DNA of 64,000 nucleotides from IMG/VR virus record IMGVR_UViG_3300035664_000006, positions 31,884-95,883 of that record; one strand, 5' to 3'. Each line of letters begins with the position of its first letter. Positions within the stretch are counted from its first letter, which is position 1. Below are positions 49,920 through 59,551 of this stretch, in pieces. The notes below the pieces were generated by a model that was given only the letters and a program-made list of their open reading frames with translations, was not told the origin of the DNA and ran no database searches. A program made the translations under genes and the position numbers. The stretch is from a virus.

Positions 49920-50837
49920 TCCATTTATAAAATTACAAATACAAATAATGAGAAAGTTTATATAGGTTTTACAAATAATTTTGAAAGAAGAATTGTAGAA
50001 CATGCTAGAAACTCAAGAAAAATAAATTCGCATTTATACTACGCTATTAAAAAATATGGGATAGATACATTCACATTTGAAATAATCTATCAATCTTTAG
50101 ATGGAGCCCATTCAAAAAATGTAATGGAGTCTTATTTTATTAATTTATATGATAGTTATCATTCTGGATACAATATGACACTTGGTGGTGATGGTACACT
50201 CGGACGATTGTGGACAGATGAACAAAAACATAAGGCAAGTATACGAAATAAAGGGCAACTATCTAACAATAAAGGTAAATCATATATTGAGCTGTATGGG
50301 GAAGAAAAAGCACTCGAAAAAATCAATAAATTAAAAAATACATGGCTTTATAAAAAATCATTAAAACCAGTTATTCAAAAAATATCTAGATTCGGTCGAA
50401 GTTACAATGAAATATTTGGTGAGGAAAAAGCTAAAGAAATATCTGAGAAAAAACGTATAAAAATGTTAGGTGATAAAAATCCTAGATATGGAAAACCTGG
50501 TACTTTTACTGGTAGGAAGCATTCCGTTGAAACTATTGCTAAAATAAAAGGAAAAACATTTGAAGAACGCTTCGGGGAAGAAAAAGCAATCATAATCAAA
50601 GAGAAATTAAGTCTCGCCAATTTGGGTGAAAATAATCCAATGTATGGGAAGGTTGGCGCGATGAAAGGAAAACATCATTCTACTGATACGAAAATCAAAA
50701 TGAAAATAGCTCATCAAAATAGAGAAAAACCTACTTATCTACAAGAACTAAAAACGTGTCCACACTGTCAAAAAACCAGCACGATTGGTAATGCAACCCG
50801 CTGGCATTTTGACAATTGTAAATTTAAAACTAATTAG
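49908..50837 (+). CDS. GIY-YIG homing endonuclease with Zn-finger-like tail
   Basis: SIYKITN..VYIGFT, GYNMTLGGDG, NPMYGK, CPHC..WHFDNC. Confidence 0.88.
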   Translation: MDIYSIYKITNTNNEKVYIGFTNNFERRIVEHARNSRKINSHLYYAIKKYGIDTFTFEIIYQSLDGAHSKNVMESYFINLYDSYHSGYNMTLGGDGTLGRLWTDEQKHKASIRNKGQLSNNKGKSYIELYGEEKALEKINKLKNTWLYKKSLKPVIQKISRFGRSYNEIFGEEKAKEISEKKRIKMLGDKNPRYGKPGTFTGRKHSVETIAKIKGKTFEERFGEEKAIIIKEKLSLANLGENNPMYGKVGAMKGKHHSTDTKIKMKIAHQNREKPTYLQELKTCPHCQKTSTIGNATRWHFDNCKFKTN

Positions 50838-51646
50838 TTTTTACCTTTGCATTCCGTTTGTTTCGATTTAGTTAATGCACCAAAATCAACCGGCCATAAT
50901 TGGTCAAGTGGTAATTCCGATGCATTAGCAGGGTATGCAAATGTAATGCCAGTCAGTTGTTGTATTTGTGTAATTGGTGCTCTAACTTTTGTTAAATCAT
51001 TTCCTAATCCTGCTTGATGCGGGAAAATGAAACCAGCTACTTCATTAGTAGTTGTATCTATTGCAATTTTATAAAACGCATGCGGTACAACTACTTTGTT
51101 AGGTCCAATAGTTTTATCTGATTGGTTATAAATTGGCCCTGCATAAATTACATATGGATGATTTCTTTGAACAACCCATCCGCGAACGCTTGTTTCAAGT
51201 AATTTATAAATTCCTCTATTTAAGTTTGGGAGCTGGGCTGCCATATTTGTCAATAAAAAGCTTTCCTTCTCCAATTGATCGAATCTTGATTGGTCAGCAT
51301 TTGGTACAATATGCCCAATATCATATCCAGAACCCTTGAAATCCACCAGTTCTGCTCTACTGCCTTTTGGTAAACTTTGATCAGGTGCGAATCCATTAGA
51401 ACGTGGTACACATCCTAATGCATATTCAGGATAAAGTGTATAAGAAACCCACACTGGCAATTTAGCAGTTGTATCATTTAATGTAACATAACCGGCACGA
51501 CAAATTGCTACACCTTGTTTAGCAGTTTGTGGAAAGCCATATGGTGATTGAACTTGACATTTTTCAATTGGGTAAGGTGCATATTGTTCCCAAGCATGTA
51601 CAGGAACTGTAAAAAATGCAGTGATTAAAAATAAAATATATTTCAT
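50834..51646 (-). CDS. secreted DNA/RNA non-specific endonuclease (NucA/EndA type)
   Basis: Signal peptide, SGYDIGHIVP, TNMAAQ..LNRG, VPHAFYK. Confidence 0.88.
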   Translation of the reverse strand: MKYILFLITAFFTVPVHAWEQYAPYPIEKCQVQSPYGFPQTAKQGVAICRAGYVTLNDTTAKLPVWVSYTLYPEYALGCVPRSNGFAPDQSLPKGSRAELVDFKGSGYDIGHIVPNADQSRFDQLEKESFLLTNMAAQLPNLNRGIYKLLETSVRGWVVQRNHPYVIYAGPIYNQSDKTIGPNKVVVPHAFYKIAIDTTTNEVAGFIFPHQAGLGNDLTKVRAPITQIQQLTGITFAYPANASELPLDQLWPVDFGALTKSKQTECKGKN

Positions 51647-51679
51647 AGTAGTCCTTTAATTAAGTACTACTATTTAACT

Positions 51680-52090
51680 TTATTTAAACCAGCCCATCTT
51701 TTTTCCTAATGTATCACGTCTGTAATATTCTTGTAAACTACCTGGAAATCGCCAAGCCCAAATAGCAACTAGTAGCATAAAGCCACCTGACCAGCAAGTA
51801 GCTTTGATGTTATAAGTAGTAAACCATAGAATAGCTAACGAACTAGCCATAACTAGTAACATCATATATTTCATTTTAGTTGGAAATATTTTGTTATCAA
51901 TCCAATTAGTTAAGAATGGTCCAAAATGTTTATGATTATATAACCATTTATTCATTACAGGACTACCTTTACTAAAACAAATAGCAGCTCCTACGAGAAA
52001 CGGGCTGAATGGCAACCCAGGTAATATAATACCCAGGTATGTAATTCCTAACAATATAAATCCAGCTATTTTCCATAACCAATTTTTCAT
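51680..52090 (-). CDS. ybaN: YbaN/DUF454 inner-membrane protein
   Basis: GIILPGLPFSPF..CFSKGS..WLYNHKHFGP. Confidence 0.8.
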   Translation of the reverse strand: MKNWLWKIAGFILLGITYLGIILPGLPFSPFLVGAAICFSKGSPVMNKWLYNHKHFGPFLTNWIDNKIFPTKMKYMMLLVMASSLAILWFTTYNIKATCWSGGFMLLVAIWAWRFPGSLQEYYRRDTLGKKMGWFK

Positions 52091-52599
52091 ACGATAAATT
52101 CCAACCATTCCTTATGTTTAACATTGAACTCAAATTTTTTACGTTTATTAACTAATTCGAAATAATCTGGTTTATATGGTTTAATGCGCGGTTTGTACCC
52201 ATGTTGTTTATCGCCTTTAGCGGAATTACATGGACCACATGCAATAACGGTATTATCCCAAGAAGTTTTACCACCTTTAGACGATGGAACAACGTGATCT
52301 AATGTCGCGGTATTTTTAGTTAGTTTAGACCCACAATATTGACATTCTCCATTATCACGGATGAAAATACTAGAGCGACTAAATCTGACCGTTGCTTTTG
52401 GTTTCATATATTCGCGTAGAATTAAAACTGATGGAACATTAGTTTCCCAGTTTGCGGAGCGGATAGTCCAATTATTGTGCCATAATACTACATCGGCTTT
52501 TTCAAGCACAATGTATTTTATAGCATCTTGCCAATTTATAGTGCTAAGTGGTAAAACACTTACTGGCATTCCTGATGCGTTCAGCAGTAAGCAGTCCAT
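52087..52599 (-). CDS. HNH endonuclease (McrA-like)
   Basis: RDNGECQYCG..TLDHVVPSSKGG..WDN..CGPCN. Confidence 0.88.
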   Translation of the reverse strand: MDCLLLNASGMPVSVLPLSTINWQDAIKYIVLEKADVVLWHNNWTIRSANWETNVPSVLILREYMKPKATVRFSRSSIFIRDNGECQYCGSKLTKNTATLDHVVPSSKGGKTSWDNTVIACGPCNSAKGDKQHGYKPRIKPYKPDYFELVNKRKKFEFNVKHKEWLEFIV

Positions 52600-52644
52600 A
52601 ATAATTTCTCTCTGTTAAATGTGTATTATATCACAATAAAGTGA

Positions 52645-53193
52645 TTATGCCAAGATACTTTGTGCAAACTCCATACCAGATTTATCTAGTGCATTTGCCC
52701 ATTGTTCTTTATTATCGGTGTCAAACACTAATTCTGGATCACTTGAAGCAATGCACCAGCTATTTTCGTGTTTATACGGTGATATTCCGTTTATTTCATT
52801 CATTAATTGATGTTCAGCCCATCCACACATACCGGCAATCATCCTCCATTCTTTTGGAGTATCGCCTCTTGATAATCTGGTAAGCATATCTTCTGATGAG
52901 CTTAATGAAAATTGATTATTGATTCGTAAGGTGTTACTAGTACGCCATTCATTAGAATGGATTATACTAAGACTTTTTGGACTTATTGGACCACCAATAT
53001 AAACGAATCCAGGTAGGTCAATTTCTAATCCCAATCGTTCGCCCAGTTCATTTACGGTCACTGGGCTACGTTTATTGATTATCAAACCTATACTACCGTC
53101 TCTATGGTGTTCAGTTACCATTATAACTGTTTTATACCATAAATTGCCTTTTACTGATGGTGGTGCGATTAATAGTTTTCCGATTAAATTCAT
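52645..53193 (-). CDS. YqgE/AlgH (DUF179) family protein
   Basis: GKLLIA, GLIINK, YIGGP, GMCGW..QL..EI. Confidence 0.85.
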   Translation of the reverse strand: MNLIGKLLIAPPSVKGNLWYKTVIMVTEHHRDGSIGLIINKRSPVTVNELGERLGLEIDLPGFVYIGGPISPKSLSIIHSNEWRTSNTLRINNQFSLSSSEDMLTRLSRGDTPKEWRMIAGMCGWAEHQLMNEINGISPYKHENSWCIASSDPELVFDTDNKEQWANALDKSGMEFAQSILA

Positions 53194-53205
53194 ATAGTTA
53201 TTTAA

Positions 53206-54006
53206 CTATACAAATCTTGATACAGAATTTTTTACGTCGGCAATAGTAATTGTTCCGTCGTTATTTCTATCTAATCCTTTATTTTGATCGTATACTGCAT
53301 GTCCACTTGAACTAATAACATGATTATCATCCTTGCCTAATGCTGCTGGGTAAAATACTGCAATATATAAATCACCAACCCCCATTCCTGGTTTAATTCC
53401 AATCATTTTAAAATATTTGTAAACATAATCAAGTTGTTCAACTGCGGTCATTCTATGCAAATCTTCAACTGATGTGCCCAATCTTCTAGCAGTACTTGGC
53501 ATAAATTGAATAAGCCCAGTTGCACCGGATGATTTATTAACTGCTTGTGGATTTACACCTGATTCTTGCTTCATAATTGCAATTAAATCATTAGATTTTA
53601 CCCCTAACTCAGACGAGACTTTTTCAAGTTTCCTATTGAAATCTGGATCTTGAATAATACTAACATCAACATCAACTGATTGCCCACTATCTTTAATATC
53701 AGCTTCAGTACTCTTAGTTAATCTACCCGCAATTTCTGGATTCTCTGCCAATGCAGAATTTAACCCAGTAATGAGTTGTTCATCTGGTTTTCCGGTAGTT
53801 GGTAATCCTAAAGCACCTTGTGCTTTAGCAACAGCAGATTTAGTATATTTCCCTAAAATCCCATCAACCCCTGGTGGTCCAACATCATAACCGAATGCTA
53901 CTAATACTTTTTGTAAATCAGCAACATCAGGGGAGATCATTCTTGTTGGAAGCGATAATGTAAATCCTTCTGCTTCTTTTAAAATTTTAAATTCATAAAA
54001 TCTCAT
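53206..54006 (-). CDS. peptidoglycan-binding domain plus lytic transglycosylase
   Basis: LQKVL..GVDGILG; QESGVNP..ATGLIQFMP. Confidence 0.85.
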   Translation of the reverse strand: MRFYEFKILKEAEGFTLSLPTRMISPDVADLQKVLVAFGYDVGPPGVDGILGKYTKSAVAKAQGALGLPTTGKPDEQLITGLNSALAENPEIAGRLTKSTEADIKDSGQSVDVDVSIIQDPDFNRKLEKVSSELGVKSNDLIAIMKQESGVNPQAVNKSSGATGLIQFMPSTARRLGTSVEDLHRMTAVEQLDYVYKYFKMIGIKPGMGVGDLYIAVFYPAALGKDDNHVISSSGHAVYDQNKGLDRNNDGTITIADVKNSVSRFV

Positions 54007-54359
54007 TAGTTACCTTTCCACTTTGGTAATGGCCCACCATAATCACTAGCTTTGACTAATTTACCTTTAATACTTTTTGGTTTTGATTCGCCACCGGTTT
54101 TGAATTTACGATTGGTATCGCGTTTTCTCAATCCTTGTGCTTTACAAGATGAAAGCTGGCTAGCACCTAGTTCTTTATCGGTTTTTTTAGATAAACACAA
54201 TTTTCTGGATGCTTTTCCTGCTTCGTCTAATTCAATTTCTTCATCAACCTTGTAAGGTGCTACTGGTTTGTGTCCACGTGGATCGCGGCTACCCTCTCTT
54301 ACTTTTCTTTTTGGTTCTACACCAATTTTTTCTTCTGATAAAATTTCACTTATACGCAT
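54006..54359 (-). CDS. basic hypothetical protein, putative internal head protein
   Basis: N-terminus MRISEILSEE. Confidence 0.6.
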   Translation of the reverse strand: MRISEILSEEKIGVEPKRKVREGSRDPRGHKPVAPYKVDEEIELDEAGKASRKLCLSKKTDKELGASQLSSCKAQGLRKRDTNRKFKTGGESKPKSIKGKLVKASDYGGPLPKWKGN

Positions 54360-54386
54360 GATTAAATCCTTAATATCATGTATTTA

Positions 54387-55199
54387 TTATATTCCTCGAT
54401 CAATCCAATCATATACCGATGCCCATTTTCTTCTACCAATCGTAGATTTCAACAAAGTTAAATCGGCCTTCGTATTATACTGTTCTGTATTTTTAGGTTC
54501 AACTAGTTCTAATGGGACATCTTCTTGGAATGCGATTTCTTCGGCAATGTCCAAATATGAGTGTGATAATCCAGTCCCAACATTCCAAATACCAGACCCA
54601 TTCACTTGTTTAATAAAATCAATATGTAATTTACATACATCACCTACCCATACCCAATCACGTTTAATACGATGTGCATTGCCCCAGACGGTTATTTTAC
54701 CCTCTGTTTTAGCTTGTTCTCTCCATCTACAAATAATATCAGTATGTGCCCCCTTTGTATGCATATATCGCCCGTATACATTAAAATATCTGAATCCTTG
54801 GACATAAATATTTTGTTGTTGTTGAAACACCCATCTATCAAATAGGTATTTTGACCAAGCATATGCAGTATGTGGATGACATGGAGCAAACTCTGAAAAA
54901 TCATTAGAGTTGCCATATACTGCACACGTACTTGCATATTGCATATGTACTTTATTCAAGTTACATTCATTAAACAACCATTGACTAAATTCATAGTTTT
55001 TATATATTATTGTATCAACATCGGTGTCACTTGTATCAGTGACTGCGCCTAAATGTATCACCCATTTATAATTTTTAACATCTGGGAAATTGTTTGGGTC
55101 CCACGTCCATGTATCAATTTCCCAGAATTCTTCTTGATTTAACCAGTCTAACATATTACGACCAATGAAACCTGTTGAACCGGTTACTAATATTCTCAT
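54387..55199 (-). CDS. hldD: ADP-L-glycero-D-manno-heptose 6-epimerase-like SDR
   Basis: VTGSTGFIG, YASTCAVYG, YAWSKYLFD, GFRYFNVYG. Confidence 0.8.
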   Translation of the reverse strand: MRILVTGSTGFIGRNMLDWLNQEEFWEIDTWTWDPNNFPDVKNYKWVIHLGAVTDTSDTDVDTIIYKNYEFSQWLFNECNLNKVHMQYASTCAVYGNSNDFSEFAPCHPHTAYAWSKYLFDRWVFQQQQNIYVQGFRYFNVYGRYMHTKGAHTDIICRWREQAKTEGKITVWGNAHRIKRDWVWVGDVCKLHIDFIKQVNGSGIWNVGTGLSHSYLDIAEEIAFQEDVPLELVEPKNTEQYNTKADLTLLKSTIGRRKWASVYDWIDRGI

Positions 55200-55205
55200 A
55201 AATAC

Positions 55206-55886
55206 CTATGTAGTTTTATCATTAAAATCAAATAATGGTGTGTCCAATGGTTCTGATTTTTTAGGTTTTGGTTCTTTTTTAGGTTTTGGTTCTTTTTTAG
55301 GTTTTGGTTCTTTTTTAGGTTTTGGTTCTTTTTTAGGTTTTGGTTCTTTTTTAGGTTTTGGTTCTTTTTTAGGTTTTGTCTCAGGAATTGGATCTGGATC
55401 AATAACTTGTTCATAGAATTTATAATTGTATTTTACACCATTTGCACAAACTATATTTGTTATAGTACTATTTACTTCGAATATAGCTGTTACAGCTTCA
55501 TGTTTCCAATCGGCAGGTATATCATCATCCATTAGTATTTTTATATCGTCTTTTGATACAAGATATAATCGTTTAATACATTCAATACAATTATCTAGCA
55601 TTATATCAACACCAAAAATTGTAGACAGTGCGATATCATGACTTATACCATTTTTCATTTTAAGAATTAAGGCAGCAACCAAAAATTGCCCATCACCACA
55701 GGTTGGATCGATAAATGTTTTAGTATCATCTGTAAACAGTTCTACTGGGAATTTGTTTAAGATTTCTTCTACCAAGTCCGATGGTGTAAAGATTTCACCA
55801 GTTTGTTTGGTTCGTTCGTCATCCCTATCCACTCCTGACATATGTTCACGGGAATGGTACTCTTCTATTAATTTATTTAATATCAT
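55206..55886 (-). CDS. SAM-binding methyltransferase-like protein with KKEPKP tail
   Basis: GEIFTP, IDPTCGDGQFL, FGVDI; no NPPY motif. Confidence 0.7.
   Translation of the reverse strand: MILNKLIEEYHSREHMSGVDRDDERTKQTGEIFTPSDLVEEILNKFPVELFTDDTKTFIDPTCGDGQFLVAALILKMKNGISHDIALSTIFGVDIMLDNCIECIKRLYLVSKDDIKILMDDDIPADWKHEAVTAIFEVNSTITNIVCANGVKYNYKFYEQVIDPDPIPETKPKKEPKPKKEPKPKKEPKPKKEPKPKKEPKPKKEPKPKKSEPLDTPLFDFNDKTT
55257..55378. repeat. 18-bp tandem repeat, six copies plus partial, encoding KKEPKP
   Basis: Unit TTTTTTAGGTTTTGGTTC. Confidence 0.9.
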
Positions 55887-56973
55887 TATATGAAATATTT
55901 TTAACCATTTGAATATTTAACCATCCACTAAATCTACATGCGGTATTTAACAGTGATTTAATGCTAATAAGTCTTTCCCTAATTGCATTCGCACCCTCTA
56001 TTGTAGATGGGTATATATATAGAAATAACCCCGCATTTTCATGTCCCCCAGTAGGTTTAGTGTCACCATCAAGAATTTGAATACTTTCAACCGTTATTTT
56101 TCTAGTCATTGGTATACATACTCTTAATTTAGGTGTATTACGTTGATCAACAATGAATGCACCTAAATTATTAGTGAAATCAATTTCATGACTGAACTCA
56201 TCAGTGTTTACCTTATTGTGTAAAAACCCCAATGAAGTATCAATGTTATTAGAAAACACCAATCCGTCGTTTTTAGATTTATCAACTATTACGTACCCAA
56301 AAGAAGAACCAACAGTTGGAAAGTATTGTTTTACCGAATCAATATTAGCATATGACGAATATTGATTAAACACATTCCATAACTTGTTTTCTTTATTAGG
56401 CCCAATACGATAAATCCCTACTAAATCTCTACTAGGACTAATCCATGTAGTGGGAGTAATCAATCCAATCACACCGTCATCTTTTGATAGATCCTTGATT
56501 GCTACTGACCAGAACTTAGACCATAGATTACTTGCTTTATCCTTTCTTTTACCATCCTTAGTTATTTCTTGAAATGGTGGGTTACCCGCTATTGCGTCAA
56601 ATTTCATAATTATATCATCCTTGATATTTTGAAGTCTTTGTCTAAACTCAATACTGTAATAGGTTAGTGAGCTTATATTTTTACCTGAGAACATCGCTAT
56701 AAAATCAGTCGAATCCAGGACTTCATATGTTCCGACTAATTTGTGTGTCTTTTTAGCATTATTCATTGCCATTGAAGTTTCAAAGAACCCAAATGTAGTA
56801 GCACGAATTTCATCATCTGACAATCCCGCTGCTCTTTTTTGCTCTTCAACTACACTTACAAATTGCCCAGTTCCGGCAACTGGGTCTAAAAAATTTCCAT
56901 GAATATGATGTCCATTAAAGCCTTTTAAAATTTCCATAACAAGAGCTTCATATTGTGTTTTATTGCGTACCAT
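55873..56973 (-). CDS. Eco57I-like N6-adenine methyltransferase
   Basis: LDPVAGTGQF, FDAIAGNPPF. Confidence 0.8.
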   Translation of the reverse strand: MVRNKTQYEALVMEILKGFNGHHIHGNFLDPVAGTGQFVSVVEEQKRAAGLSDDEIRATTFGFFETSMAMNNAKKTHKLVGTYEVLDSTDFIAMFSGKNISSLTYYSIEFRQRLQNIKDDIIMKFDAIAGNPPFQEITKDGKRKDKASNLWSKFWSVAIKDLSKDDGVIGLITPTTWISPSRDLVGIYRIGPNKENKLWNVFNQYSSYANIDSVKQYFPTVGSSFGYVIVDKSKNDGLVFSNNIDTSLGFLHNKVNTDEFSHEIDFTNNLGAFIVDQRNTPKLRVCIPMTRKITVESIQILDGDTKPTGGHENAGLFLYIYPSTIEGANAIRERLISIKSLLNTACRFSGWLNIQMVKNISYNDIK

Positions 56974-57007
56974 TTATATATCCTTATAATCATGGTATTG
57001 GTATTAT

Positions 57008-57108
57008 CGTATTTCTATCAGCCAACCATGGCTTGATAAAATTTTCCTGAATCTATCCTGATTTCAGGCATGTTTTCTATCAAGTCGTCCTGACTTGATA
57101 GAAATACG
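57008..57108. repeat. 101-bp element with 13-bp terminal inverted repeats and three internal hairpins
   Basis: CGTATTTCTATCA ... TGATAGAAATACG. Confidence 0.65.
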
Positions 57109-57120
57109 GGTTATTTCATC

Positions 57121-59421
57121 CTAAACTTTTAGGTCTAATAAATCTTTATTAATTACACCTAATGTAAATAGTTCATCAATTAACTCAAACTCTATATTGT
57201 ATTCGAGTTTAAATTCATTCCTTACTACTTCATTGTTTCTATAAAAGTCCAATGCATCATCAATATTATTGATATCACCGGTACTATCACACCCATCTAC
57301 CATGAAATCGATGTTTTCAGCAACACATGCGATCACTTCTCTTACCTTGGAGATAATGTCTTTTGGGTCAGTGCTATCATCTGGTTTATTTGAGTTGCCC
57401 TTGACCGGTTTAATTACAGGCATAGCTGTTTTACCTTTTGATACTGAAGCAGTTTTAGCAATTTTTAATGCTTCTAAGTCACGTATCGCAATTGCTGCAA
57501 GTTGATCTTCATTTAAGATATCTAAATTTGCAGTTTTTCCAATGATTCTACTTCTACGATTGAAGCTGATAAATTGTTCTAAGTATTCATCAATTTCAAT
57601 CTTGATACGGTCACCATCCTCTGATGATTTATAGATATCAATCGTTTTCAATACATTACGCAATGCATTTTTCAATCCACACCCATTATTTTTAGCTTGG
57701 CTTTTGGCTGTTTCTAATATCATCGCATCAAATTTATCATCGCGATTTGGATCAAAACTTAATGAAATAATTCTAGCTAATGTTTTATTCATACCAGCTG
57801 TCAATGCACGACTGATGCGCTGTGTAGTAGTTCCAGCATCACCGTTATCATATGCCAAGTACAATTCTGAAATTTGTGGAATTGAAAAACTACGTTGAGC
57901 CATCTGAACAGCTAATATTAATGAGTGTTTATTACTCATTACTGCCTTTTCTATTTCTTCTTTAACAAATGCCTCGGCATCGGCACCTTTCATACCATCC
58001 CCGCCATATACCATTGTGATTCTATAGCCTGGTAATGTATCTTCAGCAATTCGGGCTAATTCTTTCAAGTTTTTATTGGACGTATTGTTCGGGAAAAACA
58101 TCATTGCTACTCGCTTACCTTCATCTGCTGTACGTTCAGTGATTAAGTCAACATTTAAATTATCATAATCACCATCCATAAATAAACTTCTTAATGTTTT
58201 AACCAAGAACCGTTTAGCCTTAACTGGTTTAGCTACAGTTTTACCCCAAGATGGTAAAAATACACCACCATCATCAAATACGTCTGGTTCATTGATTTTA
58301 GTATCTTCAACTGGTCCAGCTAAATCTAATTGATAGAATTCTGCATCTACTACTGATTTTGTTCTTTCTGGATCAACTGTAAAATACTTTAATGTTGTAT
58401 CATATGAGGGACGAACTGTACGTTTTTCAATAAGTAATTCTGGGTACACAACTGTATCAACAAAATCAATTTTCCACGCACTTGCCGCTCGATCAGGATT
58501 GGTGCCAGTCATAAGAATTACAACATCATCTGGCTGTTGTGCATCAATCATAGCCATTGCTTGTCCAGACCGATGCGCCCCGAAATCAGCTTCATCAATA
58601 AATGCCAATCTATCGACATCTAACCCATACAGATAGTCAATACGATCTTGTCTTAATGAACCTGGGCACAATGAAAGAAATGCAACCACTTGCTTACCAT
58701 TACTTAATGCATCATCAATTAACGATTGATAATTCCTAACTGATGTTTCCACGAACACAATATCTTTAAATTGTTCATAACCCGCTAGTTCATTTCTGAT
58801 ACTAGTACCAGCCGTAAGAACGTAGCTGGAATATATAGTTAGTGGAATACCAGCTTCCTTAACGATAGATGCTGACCAAATTGTTTTTCCAAATCTCGCA
58901 CAGAATTCCGCCAACAATACTTGTTTACCTTGTATGATTTTACCAAGGAACAACTCGGCTTTTTCTGCTTGCAAGATATTCAATGATGCGGTTGGCAATG
59001 GTTGACCAGCCTCGTAAAGAAACTTATCTACTCTATATTTAATTTCATCGACTGGAAGATCATGCCATTCCCGAGAGTTTGGTTTAATATGTCCAATATG
59101 CGGTCTGATGTAATCATCAATGTAGATATGAGATTCTCTAAATTTACCAGACTTAATGGCTAAATCAGTTACATCCCATATACCAAAGCAACCAGCTGTA
59201 CCATTTTTCCATTTATGATGACTAGTGGTCAATTGTTCTTTAATACGATCAGATACACCCTCTAATGGATCTTCGCCTGCTGGTACATAAGTTTCACCTA
59301 CTTTACCATCTACATCCGGGTTTTCACTAAAAATGTAGATGAAAACCCGTGCGTTAACTGGATCTATACTAAATTTATAATTATTAACGCCTTTAACTAG
59401 TCCTGTAACTAATTGTGCCAT
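57121..59421 (-). CDS. SF2 helicase-like protein (restriction-modification-associated type)
   Basis: ARFGKT, FIDEADFG, LMTGT, QRISR. Confidence 0.75.
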   Translation of the reverse strand: MAQLVTGLVKGVNNYKFSIDPVNARVFIYIFSENPDVDGKVGETYVPAGEDPLEGVSDRIKEQLTTSHHKWKNGTAGCFGIWDVTDLAIKSGKFRESHIYIDDYIRPHIGHIKPNSREWHDLPVDEIKYRVDKFLYEAGQPLPTASLNILQAEKAELFLGKIIQGKQVLLAEFCARFGKTIWSASIVKEAGIPLTIYSSYVLTAGTSIRNELAGYEQFKDIVFVETSVRNYQSLIDDALSNGKQVVAFLSLCPGSLRQDRIDYLYGLDVDRLAFIDEADFGAHRSGQAMAMIDAQQPDDVVILMTGTNPDRAASAWKIDFVDTVVYPELLIEKRTVRPSYDTTLKYFTVDPERTKSVVDAEFYQLDLAGPVEDTKINEPDVFDDGGVFLPSWGKTVAKPVKAKRFLVKTLRSLFMDGDYDNLNVDLITERTADEGKRVAMMFFPNNTSNKNLKELARIAEDTLPGYRITMVYGGDGMKGADAEAFVKEEIEKAVMSNKHSLILAVQMAQRSFSIPQISELYLAYDNGDAGTTTQRISRALTAGMNKTLARIISLSFDPNRDDKFDAMILETAKSQAKNNGCGLKNALRNVLKTIDIYKSSEDGDRIKIEIDEYLEQFISFNRRSRIIGKTANLDILNEDQLAAIAIRDLEALKIAKTASVSKGKTAMPVIKPVKGNSNKPDDSTDPKDIISKVREVIACVAENIDFMVDGCDSTGDINNIDDALDFYRNNEVVRNEFKLEYNIEFELIDELFTLGVINKDLLDLKV

Positions 59422-59453
59422 AAAATTCCTTGAACTATTGTTGAGAAAGACCA

Positions 59454-59523
59454 ATTATATCGTTTTACATCGAATCTGTCAAGATTTATTTCTCTTGACA
59501 TACCTTCAGCTACCTTGTATAAT
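59454..59523. promoter_or_regulatory. back-to-back consensus sigma70 promoters
   Basis: Plus strand TTGACA(59495)-N17-TATAAT(59518); minus strand TTGACA(59482)-N17-TATAAT(59459). Confidence 0.85.
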
Positions 59524-59551
59524 GCACTCATTCTATCACACTTATTTTAAT

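Noticed and set aside
54268-54807. Antisense ORFs in the track (also 6837-7196, 8234-8617, 17222-17584, 42476-42907)
   Set aside because: Shadows of well-supported genes on the opposite strand, with no RBS or recognisable motifs.
55257-55378. Possible CRISPR array
   Set aside because: Contiguous 18-bp units without spacers, in frame within a CDS (KKEPKP).
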